This document shows positions 53,505-64,000 of a DNA stretch of 64,000 nucleotides, in pieces (position 1 is the first letter of the stretch; every line of letters starts with the position of its first letter). Position numbers and translations under genes: made by a program. The notes beneath the pieces were generated by a model that saw nothing but the letters and a program-made list of their open reading frames with translations, was not told where the DNA came from and ran no database searches. This DNA comes from Perna viridis (lineage: Eukaryota): contig CM074522.1 in NCBI GenBank assembly GCA_037379345.1, forward strand, positions 4,030,001 to 4,094,000. The letters run 5' to 3'.

Positions 53505-54541
53505 CCAGTCCATATAAAATTCAGACACTGACTTGATTCATTGTGTAGATAAATTCAACAAACAAATGATAGTATACATACACAAAAGTAAATTTGTAAA
53601 TGACGATTGTCCTTTCTATAATCAAATCTGTATTTTTTTAGAAAACCATTTAATCATCTCCAAATAAAATTAACCAATTCAACAGAACCAAGAATGATAA
53701 CTCTTGCAAAGTGCGTATTTCGTACACAATTTATAAAATTGCAACAGTCAAATGACAAACTAATTATCATGTCTGTTACTGTTTCTAAATTAGAAATAGC
53801 AGTTCGATTTATATTGAGACTGCTACGTTAATAGAAATTAGGTCTAGATGCTTGAACCTCGTGGATACAGTTCTACTGCGCATCAAAGTTTTCCCAACAA
53901 CTGATCGATCATCCATGACGTCAGTCAACTTTATTCGAAATTGAAATTGGTCCATATAGACTTTTTATGTTAAATTGTCTTCTTGTTCATATATGAATAT
54001 GCATTGACACATTTTTTAAGTAAGTCACGCCCCAACAGGGCACCTGTAAAACACAATCTAAATTATGTGGCACATACATGTACATGTAATTGCCACCAGT
54101 GGTTATATGCATCCTCCAATGTCCCAACAAGTGTTTCTTTTTTATTCCGGAAACAAAATTGTTCAAGTAGCAGAAACAGTTACAGACCACGGAAATAGTC
54201 TTAGTTTGTACAGACGAAATAAACAGTCTTCGTTTGTACAGACCACATAACCAGTCTTAGTTTGTACAGAACACATATCTAGTTTTATTTTGCCGTTCGG
54301 TTGTTTCACCCCCTCGTGATAAAAACTATATAGATTGTGTATGAAATTCATACTTTTAAAGAGTTATCGTTCTTGATTTTGTTTGATTTGGTTGACCTGA
54401 ATACGGATTGAATTATCGCTACGTAAAAAATATAGCAAACGTTCACCCCAAAAAGCATCTATAATTCGATTTATTTTTTCTTCTGTAACACCATAAATAA
54501 CTTCTACCATAAACAAAGTATCTGATTTTTATATGGATTGG
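53505..54541. mobile_element. ~1-kb foldback/MITE with long diverged inverted arms, TA-flanked
   Basis: TA-CCAGTCCATATAAAATTCAGACAC ... GTATCTGATTTTTATATGGATTGG-TA. Internal arm landmarks (AAGAATGATAACTCTT / AAGAGTTATCGTTCTT; CTGTTTCT / AGAAACAG) are mirrored. Confidence 0.6.
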
Positions 54542-55771
54542 TACTTAATGCAAACATAGTTGTTATAGTTACGTGTAGCGCTGAACCACTTAATCTACCT
54601 CACTCATCTCATGATAATTGTACCAGCATTTGTACAACATACGACTGACAAACACATACCAATCTGAACATTGAGTGCCAAGTAAATGTAGATTTATAAC
54701 AAAACTACGGAACTGATAGGCAACAACTCAAGGAATAATCTAAATGAATGGTCAAAAAAAGGAAAGTCCATGTAACAAATGACATAACTGCACCGGAAAA
54801 TAATCAATTAAAACGCCATAGTACTTTATATCAAATAAATATCCCTATAAAGTTATGGAAAAAGTCCAGTAATTCTTCCCACATATTTTTCCCACTTTTT
54901 GTTGAAAAGCGTAACCCTGCTACTCATTAATAATATACGCCTTTGATTCAATCATAGAGAAAGTTCAGACGAGAATATCTAATTCTGACTGATGTTTGAA
55001 CAAAATCAGACCATCAATAATAAAGATATATATCATTGCCTAACAAATGTTTCCCGTCCAAATAGACAAAGATTTTAAAATTGGCTTAATTTCCCCTGAT
55101 ATAATTAGTTCATGAAATGTCAATTTCAAGATAGAAATTGATTACATTTCAATGTAGGAAAGCTATTGAGGCTTTGTAGCCTAACCAAAGTTCTGTTCAA
55201 TTTGGAAGAAATGTAATTTATTTCTTAATGAAGAGAACAAAACTCCATTGAAACAACTAGGAGTGATAATTTGGTATATTGCTATAAATCACAGGGTATC
55301 GACTTGGCTTTACATATCAATCTAATCAATGGTATATAAAATACATCAGAAATTTCTTAAAACGAAATACATACTTGATGAATCTAAAATATGGCTGGCT
55401 TAATATTACTAGATTCAGTGTTTTATTGAAAAATAATTCAGTAGAACGGTTGTTAATATCGTAATTACAGTGCTTTTTGTCCACCTACAAGCGAAAAGTA
55501 GTGGATAGATATAATCTTACTGTGATACAAACATAATGCACTTTGAATACTTTGATTTTGCTAACTTTACCCGTTGACAATTTTATACTGCAAACTTTTA
55601 TTGCAATATACTACTTACAATTAACAGAAGAGGGAGAATTAACGCGCGAAAGAACCTGGTTTAACTCCCCATTTCTATCAGAAATGCCGGTACCTAGTCA
55701 TAACAGTGGCAGTTGTTTCCAAATTTTCAGTTCTGTTTTATGGACTTTCTTTCTTTTGACTATTGTTTAGA

Positions 55772-55948
55772 AAGAGTAATCAAGGGAACCAAGGTTATAG
55801 CGGTAATCCAAAGAATGTAATCCAGGGACAAAGACAAGACATGGAAAACAGACATACACAACAAAGAACATAAAGTAACTAAAATCATACATACAAAGTA
55901 ACAAAAGCAAATGAGCAACTCGGACTCCACTAAAAACTGGGAGCATGG
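55772..55948 (-). mobile_element. Naiad-type 3' end fragment
   Basis: Near-consensus terminal ~175 bp. Confidence 0.85.
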
Positions 55949-57421
55949 ATTTTCGTACGTTAAAAAACCAACATGAAAACACATGACAACATCTGTTTAA
56001 TCAATGAAAAAACATGGTATTAGTTATCCATTGGGCATTAAATCTAGTCTTGTATGAATTTTGAAAACATATGTTTTGTGTGTTTTATGTGCGCAATAAC
56101 TTAAATTTCCATATCAGTCCTAAACACATGTTTCTGTAAATTTTAAGACATATGTATACATACGTTGCATTCGTTTTCTGTATTAGTAAATAAATTTTGT
56201 AAAAAAATAAATATTATAATGAAAGAAACCTTCGAAATCATTCCTTAAATGTAACCATGTAAAAAGATCTTTAGATAATACTTAAATACATGTAGCTTAG
56301 TCTTAAAAATCAACAGCAACAACTGTCTTAGTGTATATACATGTACTCATTTAACTATATCCACATTTAACGTTTGGTTAAATATCACCGTAATTAGTAG
56401 AGATTTTTTTTGAATTAACAAAATGTAATTATCACTATTTTTTACGGTGCTATAATCTGGTAGCTGCTATACGTATAAAAATTGCTCATTCTTGTACTTG
56501 TTCGACAATTGTCGTTGCAAGAAAAGAAAGCAAGTTTAATAAATGTAAGTGTTTCTCCCCGACATTCAATTCATATTATTATACATGTACCTATCATAAC
56601 CAAACTATGAATCACCTGTCTATTACCAGGCACTTTTAAAGAATTGTTTATTTTTAAAAGTACTTTTAACCTTAGCAAACCGGACACTTGTCTAAATCCA
56701 ATCAATTTTATATTCAAATGGTTTAGACATGTCTCACTGTATAAAGAAGAAAAACACAATACAGATAAGATCGGAACCAATTCTATGATACATTTTTGAT
56801 ATGACGCCACACCACTTTGTAGATTTATTGAAAATTAGCCGGAATTCCTGCTTTGTGGAACCTGTGTATCGGTCTGTTCTTCCTAAGTTGGAACAAAGAA
56901 CATGTTTTGTAGCATGTTGACACCTGAAGTGATGCATTCCCATAACGCTAAATACAGTCCTTATATTAGAATTGACAATTGTAACCGTTTTATCTACAAT
57001 GTTCTCGTACTTAGGGACCCGATTGTTATATACTGTTCTAATCGTTATTTCTCTTTCAATATAGTTTTAATAAAATATTTATTATTTTGACAATACGTTA
57101 AGATATACAACAAATAAAATATGAACGTTACATTGTGAATTGTTGATATCAAGTCATATTCTACGGTCATGAACGGTGAGAACTCGTATATGTACATGTA
57201 GGTGTACAGAAAGGTTAGGGTTACAGCCAATGGAAATTGTAGACCTCTTCATATTTTATATTTATATTATAATACCTGTATTGTTGTAAAAGCAATTAAA
57301 TGGATTAGAAGGAGCAAGTATACAGGCAAAGTGGACGTAATCTTACGTATAGACAGATGTACGATATATACAAAGAACATTGCGACTCCGTATGAGTTTA
57401 TCAAAAAAGTTTAGAAGGAAC

Positions 57422-58627
57422 ATGTGGATATCGGTTGTGTTGATTCTTTCTATAGTATTAGTAGGAGTAGTTGAATGTCAGACATCGACGAATGTCAAAC
57501 AACTTTACACTGACATTTTTAATAACTACAATAAAAATGTCATGCCGCTATCAGATTTTTCAGTACCACTCAATATATCAATTGTATTCTATCTAACCAA
57601 CATCGTCGAATTCGACGAAATACAAGCTACCCTTACATTAACGGCAGGGTTAATGATGTCCTGGAAAGATGCAGGAATATCGTGGACACCATCGTCTTAT
57701 GGTAACGCTCGATACATATATCTGACACAGGGAGATTTGTGGATGCCGCAAGTTTTCCTGTTTAATTCAGTAGATGAAATAGAGCCCATTCAAAAAGGGA
57801 CACCCTTTTACACTAATGCCATGTACGACGGAAATGTAACACAGCTATTAATGGGAATGATGAAATCAAAGTGTACCGCGGATATAGCTAACTTTCCGTT
57901 CGACTCTCAAACTTGTGAACTGAAATTTGCGCCCCTAGGATTTTTTGAGCAACAGATCGTTTTGAACAACGATATTAGTAACGGAATAGATACTTCATTT
58001 TTGATAACAAATTCCGATTGGGAGTTAACAAACATAGAATCAAAAACGGTGATTTGGAATACGATGTCGAATTATATTGTGTCTGTGACAATTAAGAGAG
58101 CTTCATTATATTACAGTGTTGTCATCATTTTACCGTTCCTTGTTTTCTCGATCCTGAACGTCTTCGTATTTGTTATACCAGAAGAAACCGGGCGACGAAA
58201 CGGGTTTGCAATGACTCTTCTCCTGTCTTATACAGTTTTTCTTTCACTTGTGACATCCGCGATTCCTGCATCATCAAGTCCAATGAGTAGACTTCTTGTT
58301 TGTTTAGTAACTACTATAATTATAAGCTCTTTGATAGCTGCTTTGACAGTCGTTCTCGGAATACTCTACTCAAGAGATGAAAACATTAAGAAAAATAAAT
58401 TTTGGGTTTTCCTGGGGACTAAATTACCTTGGTCTAAGAAGAAAAAGTCAAATTTAAAGAGCGTAACTCCTGTAGGAAATGAAAACGATACACAACGCGA
58501 TCTTCCACCAGATGATGTCGTTGTGACGTGGAAAGACGTCTGCCATTCGTTGGATGTTTTGTTTGCAATCTTTTACATTGTCGGTATTGGAATCATTACA
58601 ATTCTATATTTTGCCATGGCGGCTTAA
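57422..58627 (+). CDS. Intronless divergent nicotinic acetylcholine receptor-like (Cys-loop) subunit, non-alpha type
   Basis: Signal peptide from ATG 57422 (MWISVVLILSIVLVGVVEC); the track's TTG start at 57380 is less likely. Contains YNKNVMP, LWMPQVFLFNS, Cys-loop CTADIANFPFDSQTC, M1-M3, a short M3-M4 loop and M4 preceded by WKDVCHSLD. No vicinal CC in loop C. Confidence 0.95.
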   Translation: MWISVVLILSIVLVGVVECQTSTNVKQLYTDIFNNYNKNVMPLSDFSVPLNISIVFYLTNIVEFDEIQATLTLTAGLMMSWKDAGISWTPSSYGNARYIYLTQGDLWMPQVFLFNSVDEIEPIQKGTPFYTNAMYDGNVTQLLMGMMKSKCTADIANFPFDSQTCELKFAPLGFFEQQIVLNNDISNGIDTSFLITNSDWELTNIESKTVIWNTMSNYIVSVTIKRASLYYSVVIILPFLVFSILNVFVFVIPEETGRRNGFAMTLLLSYTVFLSLVTSAIPASSSPMSRLLVCLVTTIIISSLIAALTVVLGILYSRDENIKKNKFWVFLGTKLPWSKKKKSNLKSVTPVGNENDTQRDLPPDDVVVTWKDVCHSLDVLFAIFYIVGIGIITILYFAMAA

Positions 58628-58871
58628 AATCAGATTTTAACTAAGATACATGTACGTATAAGTGTTAGCAATGATTTATAATAGTTCGCTATAATAATGG
58701 TAAAAGTGAGGATATAAAAGGAAAAATAAGCTTGTTAATTGTCTCACCTTTTTGCACTCCCGATTGTATCAAACCGAGAAGTTGTGAATTTGTACATGAA
58801 AATGTCAACATCACAGTACGGTATAGCACTTTAACAAAAGAAATATATTTCACTTAAGAGGAATATTTTAG

Positions 58872-58921
58872 ACACACACACACTCCCACCCACACACACA
58901 AGCACAAACACACACGCACAC
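58872..58921. repeat. Imperfect (CA)n microsatellite
   Basis: Direct inspection. Confidence 0.8.
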
Positions 58922-59204
58922 GGAAGTGGTAGGCAATTAAACTAGGCCCTTTTCTTGCAAAGTCCTAAATTTCTAAACCGCGAAAAATGCCAACTTATTG
59001 TATTGTTCAATTGCATAATTATTTACGCATTTAACTGATCGCTACCTGAAATACAATTTTCTTAAGAGTGTCGTACATTCGGACTGAAAATATATCAGCA
59101 CCACCGGGTATACCCAATTTATCTCACACCAGTCACATGTGGGTCCTTTAAAATTATAAAGAAAACCCCGGAAATTCTCACTGCCAGATAATTATAAGAA
59201 TATA

Positions 59205-59660
59205 ATAACAACAAGACCTATGATTTTATACTACTATTCCCCTTACTCAGTTAAAATCTACTAGATTACTACTCATCTTCCAGAAATACCGAATATGTTT
59301 TCAAAATGCTAGAAATTTTGATCGACAATATATTTGTCTAATGTGAAGGACACGTTTTTCAACAGACAGTCGGCATTCCTATTGGAACAAATTATCCTCA
59401 ACTACTCGCCGACCTATTCCTTCAAACTTATGAGGTTGTCTTTACAGCTGATCTGTAGTCAGTTATAGTTTACGCATATAGAAGATGTATTTTCTTTAAA
59501 CACTCCTAGTTTCGCGAATATTATACAACGGATCTACGCCAAAGAACATTACAGACAATGGGAAGTTAGTCTCATAACTTGACCTGCACTAGGAGATCAA
59601 TGAAAGAGGAAAACTAACGTCTAAACTTTACGACATACGCGATGATTTGTTATTCCGAAT
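59205..59660 (+). mobile_element. Old degenerate Naiad-type RT fragment
   Basis: Homology to FLIDNIFV...FQQTVGIP(M)GTN...LADLFL and KLYD.RDD. Confidence 0.7.
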
Positions 59661-61112
59661 TATTCGGAAAGATTCCCTAAAAAAACAGACTACGGTGAAA
59701 TTAATCTAATTTCCCTAATACAAAACGTCATATTACATTTAGTAAAATATTCCTCGGCGAACGTCATGAATGGATATCTGGACTAAAACTTTGTGTAACG
59801 CTGATCAATCTAGCATGTTTCCATACAAAATGTAATATATTTATATTGTTTGTCTTATATATTAAGATTTACTTATACCTCCTTGGCCTTGAATTAGTAT
59901 AGTATGGCTTTTAAATAACCTGCAAGGCTCGATCTTGAAGGCATTAAATGCGAACGCGACATAGATCATTCATGTGCCGCTATAGATAAGGCATTTAGCG
60001 AGGTGTTATACTTTATTTCATTCTATTCATTTTGTGTTCAAAGAGGAATAGGTAGTGAACCTAGATTGCGGCCTATTTTCTTTATTTGGCAATGGATGAT
60101 AGAATGTAGCAAAAATAATGAAAACGGCATTTTCCCCTCTTGATGGATCTAACTCAGGACATCAAGTCTTTCTCTGTGTGTGCGTGTGGGGGGTGTCGTG
60201 TCTTATATTAGACTTATATTAGATTGTCTAATTTGAGCTTGTTACTAATAAAATTATGATAATTCGTTCGGATAACAACGCGGATACATATTATTTAATT
60301 TTTCACTAAAAAGGAAATCTATCATAACATAAACAATAAACCATGATACTGACAAATGAGACATACATAATTTTCTTAGCATATCATTGATAAAACGAAC
60401 GACCATGCTTGTACTCTGCTGCAAATAATTCGATCACTGCGTTTAACCTCAAATATCGTTTACAATATTTCTTCCACATGTTTTTACTTTTTCAATGCAA
60501 ATGTTTGCATATCTAAATGTATTTTTACTTGATATTCAGATCATTCTAGGATACTACATGCTTTCATTGTTTTCATGATCTATTATGCGCAAAGGTCGGT
60601 GTAGAAAATAATGCGTTTGTGATGGTAGAATGAGTAATGAGAGAAAATATCTATGAGATAACCACTCTTCAGTTGCTTCTAGTCTTAAATACTTTCTACG
60701 TTTTGTGCTTAAGTATCCGTCTTTATAAAAATCAGACAAGAGGTGATTCATGCATGTCAAAATCTCACGAAATTCAACTTTCTTGTTTAGAAACAGTTAC
60801 CGATCACATACTTAGTCTTACTGTTTCATTTGGTTGCTGCGCTTTTGATATAAAAATTATACAGATTGTACATGCAGTTGACACTTTGCAAGAGTTATCG
60901 TTCTTGATTTTGTTTTCTTTGGTTGATTTTAGAGGAAAAGATATATGTACAATTTTCTCAGAAGTGCAGATCCGATCACAGAAATAATTATCGGTATGTG
61001 AAAATATATATAGCATCCATATGTGTAGACTGAAAAAGCATCATTTTTTTGTAGGTTCTTCTACACCATAAATTACTTTATTACTGCTCCACCAGCGGCC
61101 TTCGCCACCCTG

Positions 61113-62395
61113 AAAGAGTAATCAAGGGAACCAAGAATATAGCAAAAAGAATGTAATCCAGGGACAAAGACCATACATGAAAAACAGACATACACAACAA
61201 AGAACATAAGGTAACTAAAATCATGTATACAAAGTAACAAAAGTAAATGAGCAACTCGGACTCCACTAAAAACTGGGAGCATGGACAGGTGCACCGGTAG
61301 GGTAAGCGTCCTCTGGTTTTCTAGAAACACCCGCCAAGTGGCTCAAGTCCGGGGTAGACAAACGAGGAAAGAAAAACTATGACCCGTTGAATAAATCAGT
61401 TTTCATGGTGCTGATGGATACACCATAACGATCCACGAGTTCATGATGACGGCCATAAAACTTCTGTAGTGATGACTTCAGTCTTGTAGCAATATAACCC
61501 TGTTCCAGAAGCCTATTTGTTAGAGTTCTAGCGCTATACAAAAAGTCTGCGTAGTTTCGGCAAGCTCTGGCATAACGTATGAGTTGTGATATGAACACTC
61601 CATACGCAGGAGCCGAAGGGATGTTGCCACTGATGAAAGGAAAGTTGACAATTCTGAATGAAAAGTCATCACATTTGTCGTAAAGTTTGGTCAATAGTTT
61701 TCCTTTATCATCGATTTCTAAGTGTAGGTCAAGATGTGAGGCTGACTTCACAGTGTCTGTAGTATCCTTTATCTCAAGTTCTTTTAGGTAGATGCGATGT
61801 ATCAAATCCCTTAAATTAGGATTGTTTAAAGATAATACGTCATCTATATAGCGGAAACTGAGATTGAAGGATCTAGCCAAACGATGTTCTTTCTTTCTGA
61901 TCAGTCAGCTATAAAGTCAGCCTTATAAGAGTGAAGGGATAGGTCAGCAAGTAAAGGAGCACAATTTGTTCCCATTGGAATGCCGACTGTTTGTTGAGAA
62001 ACACGTCCACCACACTAGACAAATATGTTGTCGATTAAAAATTCCAGCTTTTTGTAAACATCTTCCTCTGTATAGTTGGAAGATGATTTGGAATTATTTC
62101 TTACAAAGTATGAGGAATCTCTACCAAGAACTATATATTGGTATCTAAGTGTACCATCTTTTTTTTTGGAAAAACAACGATGTATAATGTTTTTAAGTCG
62201 GGATTTTAATTGAGTATGGGGAATAGAAGTATGCAGTGTTGACAAATCATAGGTTTTAATGCTATTATAACTGATTGTCTCCAAAAGATCTTTCGAATTT
62301 TTCAGGATCCACATTGAATTAATACCACTACGGGAGTAACAAGTGTTGTGGTAGGACTGCAGACGCTCTTTGACAGTTGTGAGTATAGAAGTTAA
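61113..62395 (-). mobile_element. Penelope-like retroelement (Naiad-type, C-terminal RT), 5'-truncated and frameshifted
   Basis: RT segments CYSRSGINSMWILKNSKDLLE, TYDLSTLHTSIPH, GIPMGTNCAPLLADL, FRYIDDVLSLNN, LYDKCDDFSFRIVNFP, YGVFISQLIRYAR. The ORF stops right after the thumb (KTDLFNGS*) with no C-terminal GIY-YIG, followed by the family 3' region. Confidence 0.85.
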
Positions 62396-62555
62396 ATTTT
62401 TTTAAAATGTGGGTAAAATTCGCTTAGAATCTAGCTACAATGTAGCTCCCCGGCAAACTGTCAAGGCCGTATCACAAGGACGTCTAATGACTCTTACTCA
62501 AAACTGTACAAAATATGACTTCACATACTGTGACATAGGAAACATTGGTTTGCTA

Positions 62556-62575
62556 TAATAATAATAATAATAATA

Positions 62576-62611
<36 letters not shown>

Positions 62612-63900
62612 TCTTTTATTTGAACAGGATGACATATTTAGTTACATAACTAGTTTACAATATGATCCTGCCGTATATACGTATTTGCAATATGAATTAT
62701 ATAATTGACATTAAAATTACGATAATATTACTAAAAATGATGCAGGTAGTATTCACCTTAATTAACCAAAAAGTACTGCTCTAAAGAAGACTATTCAAAA
62801 GATTGTACAGTGTTTTTTTTTAAATCACCACTCTGCTCGTTCCACAGATACAATGAAAGAGCGCTTATAACATTCTGTTTTACATTTTGGAACATAAAAT
62901 ATATTTTGATTGCTCTGTCTGGTGGATCCACACTAACTTGATGAACATGTCTAAATACATTTAAATATTCTGCAGTAGATTTATGGACTTGAAAACTACA
63001 AGTGCCTTTCTGTATAAAAAAAATTATAGCATAGCCATCCACTTACGCTTGTTAAGAAGTACAATTGGTGGAGTTAAACATTTTGCTTATTTAAAATTTT
63101 CCGTGCTGCTCCTTTTTGAAATCTGATCAATATTAGCAACTTTCGTTTAAAATTAGTATAAATTACAGAGTTATAAATCTTCAGTAAAGCATTGCTAAAC
63201 ATTAAGGTTTTTTTAATCTACATAACACATCAAGTTTTTTTCGATATCTTCTTAGTTAAAATATCTATATGATAAGACCATGGCAAAGTACAATCGATAT
63301 TTACTCCTTGGAGTTTTGATACATTAACAGTTTCAAGAATACAATTTCATGTTCATCGCCTGAATATAGCTGAAATATCAATCAAAAATAACACCATTAA
63401 TTTCAATTCATATTTTCTTGTATGTTTTGACAAACTTTGCTTTGTTTCAATTAACATACATCATGTTTTCCTTAGAATGTACAGTCAATTTATTTCTTTT
63501 TATCCACTGCTTGGCATTAACCAGATCTGCCTTTAATTTGTTTTCCTTTGGTATCAATTGATTAATATGATACTTATTGGGATGTACCATCTGTATAAAT
63601 TGTAGCATGTTAATATCTTTATATGTAAACATTTCGAATAATCATTTACATATAATAAAAAATAAAAGGTCAAGTATAAAACCTTGTGGGACATCTATAC
63701 ACATTCTAGACTTTGACAAAATACAATTCCAACCAACACATTGTAGTCTATTACCAAATTAGGATTTGAAACATAAAAGCGAATTATCACAAATACTAAA
63801 ATATTTTAACTTGTATAACAAGAAATAATACCATTGTTAATTTACCATTATCAGGAATCAGCCACCGATCAACAAGGCTATTTAATGCTATCTCACAAGA
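62556..63900 (-). mobile_element. Degenerate CR1/L2-like non-LTR retrotransposon 3' part with (ATT)n tail
   Basis: Minus-strand remnants DVPQGFILDLLFFII (cf. GVPQGSILGPLLF), TIYTDGT (cf. YADDT), DLVNAKQWIKRNKLTVH. AATAAA is immediately followed by the (ATT)n tail at 62556-62610. Confidence 0.7.
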
Positions 63901-64000
63901 ATATTTTGGTCTAAAACCAGACTGACAAAAACTGCTCGATTTATTTGTAGCAAGATAATTATAAAACTATTGACAACAATAGTCGTTCAAGAATGTTACT

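Overview
AT-rich, repeat-laden animal genomic DNA. The repeat families and receptor types suggest a bivalve mollusc; this is inference. Three genes are supported. (1) The 5' end of a spliced HES/hairy-E(spl) bHLH repressor on the minus strand (exon 1 at 312-425, exon 2 from 66 running off the window), missed by the ORF track. (2) An intronless class A GPCR (41744-42811). (3) An intronless, highly divergent nAChR-like Cys-loop subunit (57422-58627) that has lost the ACh aromatic box and the cation-selectivity glutamate. The most striking observation is a ~70-90 bp cis-regulatory module (HES site, 15-16 bp, CSL/Su(H) site, KLF/Sp box, E-box). It sits in the HES proximal promoter and recurs three more times, at 14.3, 19.9 and 26.9 kb, in both orientations. 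Spacing is almost invariant and the substitutions preserve motif function. These copies lie in a 27-kb region that is also enriched in high-affinity CSL sites. The rest of the window is dominated by about 16 truncated copies of a Penelope-like (Naiad-type) retroelement whose 3' region holds a structured, covarying RNA motif. There are also a Helentron-associated HINE, several MITEs, CR1/L2- and RTE-like LINE relics, and mini/microsatellites. Most short ORFs in the track are spurious or are shadows of these repeats. All alignments and counts were done by eye.
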